This document shows positions 1-11,486 of a stretch of DNA of 64,000 nucleotides, piece by piece. The stretch is from Sulfurimonadaceae bacterium. GTDB lineage: Bacteria; Campylobacterota; Campylobacteria; Campylobacterales; Sulfurimonadaceae. The notes beneath the pieces were generated by a model. That model was not told the DNA's origin and did not search any database. It worked only from the letters and a program-made list of their open reading frames with translations. Made by a program: the position numbers and the translations under genes. The stretch is from NCBI GenBank assembly GCA_963845295.1, contig CAWJRP010000018.1, positions 1,003-65,002 of the forward strand, given 5' to 3'. Position 1 is the first letter of the stretch; each line of letters starts with the position of its first letter.

Positions 1-322
1 CCGCGGCGCGTGCGCTCGCAGGCCGTCCGGGCCCCGTGTAGGTCTGGTCGACCAGGTACGATGCCGGGGGCGCTCGTCGCGCACCAGCACGCCCTCGTCG
101 CGCCAGGCGCGGAAGGTCGGCGGCGGCGCGGAGATAGGCCTCCTCGTCGGCCGCCGCGCCGGGCGGCACGGGGAGGTCGACGTGCACGGCGTTGTGCGGA
201 CTGCGCGCTCGGAGGTCCGCGGCCTGCGCCGCCGAGAGCACGTCGTAGGGCGGCGCGACCACGTCGTCGAGCGCGATGTCGTCGCGGTAGCGGATGCCTC
301 TGAAGGTGGAGATGTCGGCCAT
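1..322 (-). CDS. DUF1015 family protein (5' part; runs off the window, frameshifted)
   Basis: Manual minus-strand translation from ATG at 322 gives MADISTFRGIRYRDDIALDDVVAPPYDVLS..., matching the typical DUF1015 N-terminus (FRGIRY...VVAPPYDV). GGGAGA SD lies upstream. Confidence 0.75.
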   Translation of the reverse strand, partial: MADISTFRGIRYRDDIALDDVVAPPYDVLSAAQAADLRARSPHNAVHVDLPVPPGAAADEEAYLRAAADLPRLARRGRAGARRAPPASYLVDQTYTGPGRPASARAA

Positions 323-457
323 CGTTCTCCCGTATGCGGCGGACGCGGCGACGAGCGCCGCTCCCGGGTTCATGCGTGCGGCAAGTATAGCGGGGTGCCG
401 CGGGAGCACCGGCTGCCGGACTGCCCGGCGCGGCACAGAGGGGCCGGGAACGCGTAC

Positions 458-1992
458 TCACTGGCGGATGATCACCGGCATGCCGATGACGACGCGGCTG
501 AAGAGGTCGACCGCGTCCCAGTTGTGCATGCGGATGCAGCCGTGTGACGCGTAGGTGCCGATCGAGCCGTCTTCGCTCGGCGGCACGCCGTGCATGCCGA
601 CGCCCGGCGCGCTGGTGCCCATCCAGCGGGTGCCGAGGGGGTTCTCGGTGCCGGGCGGGATCGGCTTGGCGTTCTTGGCCCAGTCAGAGTTGGGCGGCAG
701 CCAGGTGGGGTCCTTCTTCATGTTGACGATGGAGTACGTGCCGGTCGGCGTCGGGTAGGCCGGCTGGCCGGTGGCGACGGGGTAGCTCTTGCACGAGCTT
801 GCCGTCGCGGTAGAGGTAGAGGCGCAGGTCGCCGATGTCGACGATGATCTGGCCGCTGAGGGCGTTGAGCACGTTGCCGCCGACGATGCCGTCGACCTCG
901 AGGCCGTACTTGGCCTGGAGCTTGCGCACCGCCACTTCGGTGTCGGAGTCGTAGACGCCGGTCTTCTTGCCGGAGTAGACGCCGGCGTTCGATCAGCTTG
1001 TCCTGCAGCTCCCTGACGTCCTTGCCGCGGGCGCCCGGCCACATGCTGGCGCTGCCGAAGTGCTCGGTGCTGTCGACGACGAACACCTGCTTGTTGGTGA
1101 CGACGTTGCCGCCCTTGTCGGCCGCGGTGACGACCATGACGTGCTTGCCCTGGGCCAGGTTGGCGGCCTTGAACTTCGCCTTCGAGGCCGGGCCGGTGAG
1201 GTCGCGCTGCTCGTCGTCGAGGACGAACTTGACCGTGGGCACGCCGAGCTGGTCCGTGGCCTTGACGCGCACGGAGATGCCGGCCTTCTTCATGGTCTTG
1301 TCGAGCGAGGTGACCTTGAGCACCGGCGGCTGGGCGTCGACGAACACGTGGAGGTTCTTGGTCGTCGCGTTCCCCGCCCGGTCGGCGGTCGTGATCGCGA
1401 CGTCCGATGCGCCGTCGGGCAGCTTGGCGCTGACCGCGTACTTGCCGGAGGAGTCGGCCGTGCCGCTCGCCTTGATCGCGCCGTCGACCACAGTGACGGT
1501 CGCGTAGGGCTCCGTGTGGCCGCTGAACGTGGCCGGATCGGTGTTGATGCGGCCCTCGTCGGCGGCGCCGTCGAGCTTGAGCTTGGGGATGCTCGTGTCG
1601 ACGGTGAAGCGCCAGTCCTTGCGGACCTCGTGACGGAAGAGGTTGGAGCTCTGCGCGCTGAAGGCGACCGCGTGCTCGCCGTCGGCGAGACCGCTCGTGG
1701 TGAGGGTGAGGGTGTTGCCGTTCGCTTTCGCGTCGGCCGTGACGTCGTTGCCGTCGAGCGTGACGGCGACGGTCTGCAGCTTGGCCAGGCCCCTGACGTC
1801 GAGGACGAGGGTGGTGGACGGGCTCTTGACGAACGCGTCCGGCCCCGGCGTCACCGCGGAGACGCGGGGCACGCCGTAGAGCTGCCAGCCGACCACGGCC
1901 GCGAACACGCAAACCGCCGCTACGACGATGTACGGCCAGCGGCGGCGGCGGCGTTGTTCAGCTCTATAGACGTGGTACGTGGCGTCCGGCAC
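458..1992 (-). CDS. L,D-transpeptidase (YkuD) with N-terminal TM, Ig-like domains and a peptidoglycan-binding domain; frameshifted
   Basis: Spread over ORFs 718..1992 (TM, Ig-like repeats, GARGKDVRELQ), 684..935 (AVRKLQAKYGLEVDGIVG, PG_binding_1) and 458..1912 (YPVATG...PLGTRWM...GMHG...SHGCIRM). Confidence 0.85.
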
Positions 1993-2189
1993 AGGCCCCT
2001 TCTTGGACGAATCTGCTCCGCATTATACAGGAGGAATCGGCATTGTCCTCGTTTTCCTCCAGTGACTCCATGGAACACCCGTCCAGACGCGAGCGGCGGC
2101 GGCCGCTAGCAGTGGACGCGCTCGAGTGCGCAGTGCGCGCGGGAGCGAGCCGGAGCAAGGCTGTACCGGCATCGCCACACTCTCGCTGC

Positions 2190-2977
2190 ATGGACCACTC
2201 CCTTGACGAGCTCCTCGCCGACGTCGCGGCGGGCCGCCTGTCCGTCGACGAGGCGGCGGCCGAGCTGGCGCGTCACGGGCTGACGCGCCGTGGGCGACTT
2301 CGCGCGTCCTCGACGTCGCGCGGGCGGCGCGCACCGGCGTGCCCGAGATCGTCTTCGCCGAGGGCAAGTCGGTCGAGCAGCTCGTCGCCGTCGTGACCCG
2401 CCGTTCCTCGACGCACAACCCCGATCGTGTTCTGCAGCCGCGTCACGTGACGAGCAGGCCGCTGCGCTGGCCGGCGCCGTGCGACGGCGCCGTGCGAGCA
2501 CGACCCCGCAGTCGCGGGTGCTCGTCGTGCGGCGGCGCGACTACGCGCCGCCGCCGCCGGCGCGCGGCGCGGTCGGCATCCTCGCCGCCGGCACGAGCGA
2601 CGTCGCCGTCGCCGAAGAGGCCGCCGCCATCTGCCGGGAGATGGGCGTCGCAGTGCACACCGCCTACGACGTGGGCGTCGCCGGCGCTCCACCGCTATCG
2701 GCGGCCCGCTGCGGCGCATTCTCGACGCCGGCGCCGCCGCGCTCGTCGTCGCCGCCGGCATGGAGGGCGCGCTGCCCGTCCGTGGTCGCCGGCATGGTCG
2801 ACGTGCCGGTCATCGGCCTGCCGACGTCGACCGGCTACGGCCTCGGCGGCGCGCGGCGAGGCGGCGCTCCTGGGCATGCTGCAGAGCTGCGCCCCGGGCT
2901 GGTCGTCGTGAACATCGACAACGGCGTCGGCGCGGGCGCGACCGCCGCCTCATCGCGCGCGCGCGGCGCGGCCGTGA
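2190..2977 (+). CDS. larB: Nickel pincer cofactor biosynthesis protein LarB (PurE-like); frameshifted
   Basis: Fragments in three frames: MDHSLDELLADVAAG, PEIVFAEGKS, GILAAGTSDVAVAEEA, YDVGVAG, AGMEGALPSVVAG, PVIGLPTSTGYG, VVNIDNGVGAG. Confidence 0.85.
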
Positions 2978-3507
2978 GGGAGCGCCGTCCCGTTCGTTCA
3001 TCTTCAGCGACCACCGCGAGGAGATCTGTGGCGGCGCTGGGTCGCGGCGCTCGAGGACGTCGGTCGACGACTACCGTGAGCTGCTGGCGAGCCCGCTCGG
3101 CGAGCGCTTCAGCTCCGCGCTGATCGACGACCTCGTCGCCTACAGCGAGGCGGAGGAGTACGAGACCGCCGCGGCGCTGCGCCGCATGCGAACAGGAGAT
3201 GGCGACCGACGCCGCGCGACGCGTGTCCCTCGGGTTCGCTGCTCTCGATCTGCTGATCGGCTCTGCAGCTCCTGCGCGGCAGCGATCTGGGACGTCGCTC
3301 GGCGACGCCCTCGTGCGTCGGCGAGCTGCCTTCGTCCGGGAGACGCTCGAGCAGATGAAGGCTGATCGACGGCTTCTCGACCGCCTGGTACGCGCGCCGT
3401 CGTCAGCGCCGCGCTCCCGACACGGCGCACGACGAGTGAGCGTCTCCGGGCGCCCGGCGTCGCGCCGGCAGCGTCCCGGCAGGGTTGCGCCCCCACCGGG
3501 ACGCTGA
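2974..3507 (+). CDS. Hypothetical all-helical protein, possibly RsbRD N-terminal-like; frameshifted
   Basis: A GTG overlaps the larB stop. In-frame pieces FIFSDHREEIC, DDYRELLASPLGERFSSALIDDLVAY and RRVSLGFAALDLLIG show GC-rich codon usage. Confidence 0.4.
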
Positions 3508-3511
3508 CTAG

Positions 3512-4600
<1,089 letters not shown>

Positions 4601-4613
4601 GCGCCGCGCTCGC

Positions 4614-5029
4614 CTACTCCGCGTTGCCCGTCCGCGTCGGGTGCGTCGTGCGCTCGACCCAGTCCTTGAGCGGCGGGATGGACCCCAGGTAGTGGAACGC
4701 GTAGGTGTCCGCGGTCGCCTTGGCGGTGACCGTGAACTGCACCGTGCCGTCGGCGTGTCTGCACGGCCTTGAAGCCCATCATCTCGAGGCCCTTCTTGGC
4801 GAGGTACTGCGTCGGCGGCGAGCTTGGCGGCCGCGACGTTGGTCGTCTGGGCGTACTTGGTCCGCGCCTCTTCGGCGGCGTTGGTCGCGCTGTCGCCGGC
4901 GGACTGGTAGGCGTTGAAGATCGCCATGCCGTCGAGGATGACGACCGCGAGGACGGTCAGGATGACGACGATCCAGATCGCCTCGCGGATGAAGCCGTCT
5001 TGACTGCGCAGGCGTGCGCGCTGCGACAA
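4614..5029 (-). CDS. TadE/TadG-like pseudopilin-type membrane protein; frameshifted
   Basis: TTG start after a GAGGAGG SD. LSQRARLRSQDG-FIREAIWIVVILTVLAVVILDG resembles a prepilin leader (G followed by a hydrophobic helix with Glu), then ATNAAEEAR. Confidence 0.5.
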
Positions 5030-5088
5030 GGTCCCTCCTCGGTCAGCCGGGCTGCTACCCCCCTGTATCGGCCGGGGTCGCGAACAGT

Positions 5089-5859
5089 TTACTCCAGCGG
5101 GCCGGTGAGGCGGATGCAGAGGACGGCGAGGTCGTCCGCGGGCGGGCGCGCCGAGAACCGCTCGCCCGCCTCCACGAGCTTCGAGACGACGTCGGCGGCG
5201 GGCATGCCGTGGCAGCCCGCCAGCTCCCCGTCCATCCTCGACTCGAAGAACCGGCCATCGGCGTCGCGCAGCTCGGTGATGCCGTCGGTGAAGACGACGA
5301 TGAGGTCGCCTGCGGCGAGCTGCAGGATCTCCGTCGGGTAGGGCTCGAGGGCCGCGTCGAGCTCGACGCCGATCGCCGGCTCGACCATCAGCAGCGGGCG
5401 CTCGACGCCGCCGGCGCGGACGAGGAACGGCGTCGGGTGACCGGCGGTGGACAGCTGGAGCAGCCCGGTGCGCGGGGTGAGCTGGCCGAACAGCACGGTC
5501 ACGAAGCGGTCGGTCTCGGGGTCGAAGTCGGGCTGCTCGAGCAGCCCGTTGCGGAGTTCCTGCAGGGCTTCGCCGGGGCGCGTCGGCCAGGAGAGCTGGC
5601 CGCCGTGCACGGCGGCGCGCAGCATGAACTTGGTGACGAAGGTGGTGGCCATGGCGTCCACGCCCTTGCCGGCGACGTCGCCGATGGCGAAGGCGAGGCT
5701 GCCGGACGGCGGCCGCGTGTAGTAGTCGAGGAAGTCGCCGCCGCTCAGCACGCCGGCGCTCGCCGAGCGGTACGTGAAGGCGATGTCGAGGCCGGCGAGC
5801 TCGGGCGGCGCGGCAGGGAGCAGGCGCCGCTGCAGGCGCTCGGCGACGTCGGCGAGCAC
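5089..5859 (-). CDS. PP2C/SpoIIE-family Ser/Thr phosphatase (RsbU-like catalytic domain)
   Basis: LQRRLLP, SGGDFLD, AIGDVAGKG, STAGHP, FTDGITE and DDLAVL motifs. Confidence 0.92.
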   Translation of the reverse strand: MLADVAERLQRRLLPAAPPELAGLDIAFTYRSASAGVLSGGDFLDYYTRPPSGSLAFAIGDVAGKGVDAMATTFVTKFMLRAAVHGGQLSWPTRPGEALQELRNGLLEQPDFDPETDRFVTVLFGQLTPRTGLLQLSTAGHPTPFLVRAGGVERPLLMVEPAIGVELDAALEPYPTEILQLAAGDLIVVFTDGITELRDADGRFFESRMDGELAGCHGMPAADVVSKLVEAGERFSARPPADDLAVLCIRLTGPLE

Positions 5860-5895
5860 GGCGAGCGCGTCGTCGTGGGGCGTCGGGTGGCGGGG

Positions 5896-6438
5896 TCACC
5901 TTCGGCGGCCCGCCGTGTACCAGAGCACCACCGCCTGGACCGCGAGCGCTCCGAGGGCGACGAGGATGACGATGTCGATGCGCACACCGACGACGGCGAC
6001 GAGGAAGACGAACGCGAAGGCCCACAGGAGCGCGCCCGGCAGCACGCTCGCGAGGAACCGCCGCCGGAAGCTGAGCATCAGCAGCCGGCGGCGCATCCCG
6101 CTGCCGCGCTCGTCTTCGTCGAGGTAGCTCGAGCCGCGCGAGTGCAGGGTGCCGGTCAGGTCGGTGCCGTCGGCGGTGTACACGCGGCACTGGAGCGGCA
6201 GGCCGACACGCTCGCGCAGCACGCTGTCCTGGGCGCGCGCGTAGTACTCGATGAGGGAGAAGAAGCGGTCGTCGGCCGAGAGCTTGGCGTTGGCGATGCG
6301 GACGTCCAGGTACAGCCGGTCCTCCGCCGGGTCGTACTTGATCTCGCTGCGCCAGCCGCGGCGATTGAAGAAGTTGCCCAGGAACCTGTCGAGGTCCCCC
6401 GGGATGTTTTCGACGTCTGGTCGCTCGGTCACGCCCAT
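5896..6438 (-). CDS. Hypothetical membrane protein with two C-terminal TM helices
   Basis: Clean 180-aa ORF with GC-biased codons and a hydrophobic C-terminus; stop lies just upstream of the phosphatase. Confidence 0.7.
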   Translation of the reverse strand: MGVTERPDVENIPGDLDRFLGNFFNRRGWRSEIKYDPAEDRLYLDVRIANAKLSADDRFFSLIEYYARAQDSVLRERVGLPLQCRVYTADGTDLTGTLHSRGSSYLDEDERGSGMRRRLLMLSFRRRFLASVLPGALLWAFAFVFLVAVVGVRIDIVILVALGALAVQAVVLWYTAGRRR

Positions 6439-6595
6439 GCCTCGATTCTACCCGCCCCCTTCTTCATCGGCAGCCGGGCCCCGTGAATGGAGTCCCGGCC
6501 CGCCGGGCGTTCGAAGCCGCTCCGGCGGTGCGATAGAATCCCGTACTCGATGGCGCGGCCGGACGGCCGCGCCGCCCGACGAACAGGAGCTCTCC

Positions 6596-7280
6596 GTGAA
6601 GATCGCAGTCATCGGCCTGGGCTACGTCGGCCTGCCGCTGGCGATGGTGTTCGCCGAGTCCGGCGCCTCAGTCGTCGGCATCGAGGCCGTGGCCGCACGA
6701 TGCGACGAGGTCAACGCCGGCCGCAGCTACATCCAGGACGTCCAGAGCGATGCGCTCAAGGCCATGGTCGACAAGGGGCTCATCCAGCGCCACCACCGAC
6801 TACGCCGCCACCGAGGACTGCGACGCCGACATCATCTGCCTGCCGACGCCGCTCAACGCCAACCGCGAGCCCGACCTCACGCTGGTCACGGACGCGACCG
6901 AGAAGCTGGCCGGCCACCTGCGGCGCGGCCAGCTCGTCACCCTCGAGAGCACCACCTACCCGGGCACCACGCGCGACGAGCTGGCGCCCGATCCTCGAGG
7001 CCGGCTCCGGGCTCACCGCCGGCGTCGACTTCCACCTCGCCTTCTCGCCGGAGCGCGTCGACCCCGGCCGCACCGACTACACGACCAAGAGCACGCCCAA
7101 GGTCGTCGGCGGGCTCACGCCGGCGTGCACGGCGCGGGCGCTCGAGGTCTACGGGCCCGCGCTCGACAACGTCGTCCCGGTCAGCACCCCCGAGGTCGCC
7201 GAGATGACCAAGCTGCTGGAGAACATCTTCCGCAGCGTCAACATCGCGCTGATGAACGAGCTCGCGATGCTGTGCGACCG
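6596..7280 (+). CDS. Nucleotide-sugar dehydrogenase (UDP-glucose/UDP-ManNAc/GDP-mannose dehydrogenase family), frameshifted and cut at the junction
   Basis: GTG start after AGGAG; KIAVIGLGYVGLP, IICLPTP, LESTTYPGTT, FSPERVDPG and EMTKLLENIFRSVNIALMNEL; the C-terminal half is missing. Confidence 0.9.
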
Positions 7281-7290
7281 AAACGGAGTA
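7270..7290. other. Abrupt compositional junction (probable chimera or misassembly breakpoint)
   Basis: GC content and codon usage change within a few bases at ...CTGTGCGACCG|AAACGGAGTAGCGAAT..., and both flanking genes are truncated. Confidence 0.9.
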
Positions 7291-7632
7291 GCGAATATCG
7301 GTTTTAGCGGAGGTTCTACCTCTTCGTATGCCGGATCCGGCAGTGCAACTAAAAATGCCTCTTTTACGACAACGGTTTCTGCCCGTATTGTCAAAGTAAT
7401 GTCAAACGGGAACTATTTTATTACCGGACGTCGTGAGATTATGGTTGATAGCCAAAAGCAGATCATGCAACTTAGCGGCGTTATTCGACCGTATGATATC
7501 GATCAGAACAATCAGATCAACTCCGCTAAAGTTTCCGATGCCAAAATCCTTTATGCGAATGAGGGGGACGTTGATCGCTCAACTCAGCGCGGATGGGGCA
7601 GTAAGCTTATAGAGGCCGTCTGGCCGTTTTAA
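7281..7632 (+). CDS. flgH: Flagellar L-ring protein FlgH, C-terminal fragment
   Basis: FTTTVSARIVKVMSNGNYFITGRREIMVD...QLSGVIRPYDIDQNNQINSAKVSDAKI...GWGSKLIEAVWPF, the characteristic FlgH C-terminus. Confidence 0.92.
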
Positions 7633-7641
7633 GGATCCCCT

Positions 7642-8850
7642 TTAGCGGATCATCTGCATCGGGTCGATGTGGGCATTGCGCTGTGTTACCTGAAACATCA
7701 ACTCTTTTCCCACCCTTCCGATAATCGAACCTTGTTTAAGACGTTTGCCTACCTCTACGGTAGGGGCAATTTTGTCCAGATGGGCATAAATCGTATGCAA
7801 ACCGTTATCATGTTCGATAATGACAACGTTTTCTAGCATAGCGGTCGGTTTTGCAAAAATTACTTTTCCGTTAAGTACCGATTTGACCTTGGCATCGGCT
7901 TCGGTTGGACGCAATGAGACTGAATCATTAAAGATTTTTATCCCGTAAATCGGATCGGTATACGGACCGAAACGTTTGGTGAGTACATACCCATCCAGTG
8001 GAGCAATCGTTCGTTCACCGGAATAGGCAGCAACACTGGAGGGACTGTAGAGTGCAACGGCTTGTTTGACATCTTCCGGTACCGGTTTGGAACCCGGTTT
8101 TGGTGCTACTAACGGTGCTTTTTTAGGTTTGAGGGACTCTTGTTTGATGATATTGAGACTGGCGAGAGTATTTTGAAGTGAACGTTGCTGATTTAGAATT
8201 TTATCCAACGATTTTTTATACTCATTTTTTTCTTGTTCCAGTTGAACAATCGCTTTTTCATTCTCTTTTTTCGTCTCTAATACCTTGTTTTTTTGCTGAT
8301 CGATAACCGATATCGATTGTTTTAGAACGGTGGTTTGAGAAGAGAGACCGGAAATTTTTTCTGCGTTTTGAAGAAAGACGGCATTTAGATCTTTAATATC
8401 CTGCTGAATCTGTTTGAGATGCAGTTTCAATGCCTCTTCGGTAATGATAGCATCCGCCTCTTTTGCCCGATCGTCATTGACGAGCAATGAGATGGAGGTA
8501 TTACGCGCAATTGCAAAAACAAGTCGCTGCTCAATATCGTTTTGGGTTTTAATCAATAATGATTGTTGTGTTTCTAGCCCTTTTAGGGTTGTTTTGTTCG
8601 ATTGATAGACATTCTCTTTTGATTTGAGTTCATCGACAAGAGTATTGATCTTCTCTTGCTGTGCACCTACGATTTGACGTTGTTCAATAATCTTTGAAGC
8701 GGTCGCTTCTAGTTTCGCATTTAGCGTCGAAAAGGTCTGTTTGGTTTGGGTCAATTGTTTTGAAGTATTTTTAATTTTTTCATCGATTTTTGCCGCAGGG
8801 AGCGACAGTGACAATAACGAGATCAGGATCAGGGAGAAGGGGGTTCGCAT
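7642..8850 (-). CDS. Murein hydrolase activator EnvC family (coiled coil plus M23 domain)
   Basis: Signal peptide, long coiled coil and M23-like C-terminus (VIIEHDNGLHTIYAHL); directly downstream of ftsEX. Confidence 0.88.
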   Translation of the reverse strand: MRTPFSLILISLLSLSLPAAKIDEKIKNTSKQLTQTKQTFSTLNAKLEATASKIIEQRQIVGAQQEKINTLVDELKSKENVYQSNKTTLKGLETQQSLLIKTQNDIEQRLVFAIARNTSISLLVNDDRAKEADAIITEEALKLHLKQIQQDIKDLNAVFLQNAEKISGLSSQTTVLKQSISVIDQQKNKVLETKKENEKAIVQLEQEKNEYKKSLDKILNQQRSLQNTLASLNIIKQESLKPKKAPLVAPKPGSKPVPEDVKQAVALYSPSSVAAYSGERTIAPLDGYVLTKRFGPYTDPIYGIKIFNDSVSLRPTEADAKVKSVLNGKVIFAKPTAMLENVVIIEHDNGLHTIYAHLDKIAPTVEVGKRLKQGSIIGRVGKELMFQVTQRNAHIDPMQMIR

Positions 8851-9663
8851 CTATTCCTCTTCATCGTTTCCGACAACAATCGCAAAGGTCAGGATAATGG
8901 AAACACTTAACGCGATAATTAGTGATCGTACTCCATCATGGATAAAATCAAACAGGTTGATACTGATACCGACGGTGCGGAGTAATAGATCCATCCAGCC
9001 GTATTGCTCTATCATAAGAAAGGCTATACAGAGGAGAACCGTAGCGATAATAGCATCAACGATGGCCAGACGGAAGAGGACTGCTGAACGAAGCCATACC
9101 GGTGCACCGAAAAGAGCCATAATAGACATCCGTTCGGCATGTTGAAACTGCCATAATCGCATCTCTTTGAGGATAAGCAATGAGGTGACTGCCGCAATAG
9201 CAATAGAGAAAATTTGGACGACATCTTTAAATAAAAGCATAAGTTTATAAACGGTGTCATGGGTTTGAGCATACCCTTCTACACGCTGTATAGAGGAGTT
9301 TTTTTGAAGCCGTTTTTGAAGTTTTGCAATCTCATCAGGGGTAGGGAAGCGGCTAAGATAGAGACGGTAAAACTTTGGAAGGGTGAGCTTAAGCAACTCA
9401 AGATTTTTTTTAGACATCTCCCCCTGTAAGCGCTGTAATACCTGATCAGTTGCGATCGGTTCACTTCGATCGATAATTGAATCCATCGCTTTAAATTCTA
9501 CGGGTGTAAGAACTTTGTTCGCGACGACAATAATGGAATAATCATTTTTAAGACGTGTTTCATATGCATCAATGGTACGATCGACGGCAACATAGATTTG
9601 GACCGAAAATAAAACAGTAAAAAGGGCAATAATAAGTGAAATATGATTTTTAAGAGATTTCAT
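8851..9663 (-). CDS. ftsX: Cell division permease FtsX
   Basis: Four TM segments with IMALFGAPVWLR; follows ftsE. Confidence 0.88.
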   Translation of the reverse strand: MKSLKNHISLIIALFTVLFSVQIYVAVDRTIDAYETRLKNDYSIIVVANKVLTPVEFKAMDSIIDRSEPIATDQVLQRLQGEMSKKNLELLKLTLPKFYRLYLSRFPTPDEIAKLQKRLQKNSSIQRVEGYAQTHDTVYKLMLLFKDVVQIFSIAIAAVTSLLILKEMRLWQFQHAERMSIMALFGAPVWLRSAVLFRLAIVDAIIATVLLCIAFLMIEQYGWMDLLLRTVGISINLFDFIHDGVRSLIIALSVSIILTFAIVVGNDEEE

Positions 9664-10321
9664 GAATATTCCCCATTTCGATATGAAAATGTTTATACGG
9701 AAGTTTTATTGAGGATGGAATGTGGTGCGTCACGACAACGATCGTTGTTTTGAGCTGCGTATTGGCACCCTCCAGCAGACTCCAGATCACTTGGGATGAG
9801 TACTCATCCAGATTTCCCGTCGGCTCATCGGCTAGGATCAAAATCGGGTTATGAGCGAGTGCCCGTGCCATAGCGACACGCTGCTGTTCCCCTCCCGAGA
9901 GTTCAGGGGGATATTTCCCTGCTTGATGAATCAATTTGACATGACCGAGAAGTTTTTGTACCTGCGGACCGCTCACATCTTTGGTGTAGCCTGAGATAAT
10001 CAGGGGGAGCATCACATTTTTCTCGATAGTCCACTCTTTGATCAGTTTGTAGTCTTGAAAGACGATACCGATATGGCGGCGTAAAAAATTGAGTTTTGAG
10101 TTACTGATTCTGCTCATTTTGACTCCACCGACCATCAGTTGTCCGGCTCGGGGCTCAATTGCACCGTAGAGTGATTTCAGGAGGGTCGATTTACCGCTTC
10201 CGCTGGCACCTGTGATAAAAACAAAGCTTCCCGCATCGATAGAAAAAGAGGCTTTGCTAATGATAGTTTCGAACTCTTTGTAGGAGAGTGAGAGGTTTTC
10301 GGCGATTATAACTTTATCCAT
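9650..10321 (-). CDS. ftsE: Cell division ATP-binding protein FtsE
   Basis: GASGSGKST, RRHIGIVFQDYKLI, LSGGEQQRVAMARA and ADEPTGNLD. Confidence 0.93.
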   Translation of the reverse strand: MDKVIIAENLSLSYKEFETIISKASFSIDAGSFVFITGASGSGKSTLLKSLYGAIEPRAGQLMVGGVKMSRISNSKLNFLRRHIGIVFQDYKLIKEWTIEKNVMLPLIISGYTKDVSGPQVQKLLGHVKLIHQAGKYPPELSGGEQQRVAMARALAHNPILILADEPTGNLDEYSSQVIWSLLEGANTQLKTTIVVVTHHIPSSIKLPYKHFHIEMGNIHEIS

Positions 10322-11483
10322 GTAGTAGCTCTTCTAATAAGATGTGGGCTTTGAGATTGGCACTAGAGCGAACGGGGAGAGCAGGGTAGTAGCGGGCACG
10401 GCCATTTTCAATGAGAACATAGGTGCTCTCAGGACGGTCAAAACTTCCCATTGCTAAACGAATCATCCCCCCATTTTCACCGATTTTAAATCGTCTCTCC
10501 ATGTGAATAAAACCCCAGTCACGTTTGTACGTCTCTTTGGAGAGGCGATCAATTGACTTGGTATCAATGGTTCCTGAAAAGATAAAATCACCGATCATAT
10601 CAGGTTCAGGAGACTCTGCTTCACAGGTAAAGGTGACGTCGTAGATATTCTTTTCTTGTTTTTTCCAGCGGTCTTCGTATTTACTGACGATAGCAATCTC
10701 TTGGTTTTTTCGGACATCAAAGCGGCTTTGGCGCGGTGCGCTGAACGTCTCCAAGGCAAAACGGTAATAATTTTCGCTGTCCGTACGCAGTTCGAGTGTT
10801 CCACCGATGTGAAGTACCCGATCCGATTCTTTTAAAAATGCTTCCGAGATAACGCGACGATGGGGTTTTTTATCCCACGGTACGGGAAAATGGACGTAAA
10901 TCTTTCCGACGATGTTAGAGGGGACAAACTCTAAAAACAGCCGTGCATCGTAATCGAGGATCATAATGTTGTTCAGATTTTGAATAACGATCTGCTTGAG
11001 CGCCTGCTCTATCGAGGGTTTGTGAATTTCAAGTCCGATAAACAGTACATCAGGATTTGCGGCTGCCTGATGGAGGAGATGGCGGGCTGAACCGAATCCG
11101 ATTTCGATTCTGACTTCCCGATCGCGAGGGAAATTTTCGGCAAAATAGGAGATCGACTTGAGTGCATCGTGTGTTTTTAGATGGGTGTTTTCAGGGGCGT
11201 TATCGACGTTTGAATCGAGGATGGGGGAGCCAGAGCACTCTGCATAGGCTAACAGTGCGTGTTTGAGGATAAAGTTTGGGGAAGGTCGGGTAACTTTATC
11301 ACTTTTGAGGAGTTTTTTGGCACCGTTTTTATAGACCAAAAAGAACTCTCTATCTTTATAGCGAGTAGCGATCAATGCCCCCTCATCAGGGTTCTTGTAA
11401 TCCGCTTGGAAAAGAAATTCCACTTCACCGCAACGCGTCGGAAAGGTGAGTGGTTTGAAAGATTCGAGATTTAAATGCGGCAT
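10314..11483 (-). CDS. trmB: tRNA (guanine-N7)-methyltransferase TrmB, long Campylobacterota form
   Basis: EIGFGS, GLEI, VHFPVPWDKKPHRRV and LRTDS motifs. Confidence 0.92.
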   Translation of the reverse strand: MPHLNLESFKPLTFPTRCGEVEFLFQADYKNPDEGALIATRYKDREFFLVYKNGAKKLLKSDKVTRPSPNFILKHALLAYAECSGSPILDSNVDNAPENTHLKTHDALKSISYFAENFPRDREVRIEIGFGSARHLLHQAAANPDVLFIGLEIHKPSIEQALKQIVIQNLNNIMILDYDARLFLEFVPSNIVGKIYVHFPVPWDKKPHRRVISEAFLKESDRVLHIGGTLELRTDSENYYRFALETFSAPRQSRFDVRKNQEIAIVSKYEDRWKKQEKNIYDVTFTCEAESPEPDMIGDFIFSGTIDTKSIDRLSKETYKRDWGFIHMERRFKIGENGGMIRLAMGSFDRPESTYVLIENGRARYYPALPVRSSANLKAHILLEELLHG

Positions 11484-11486
11484 TCT

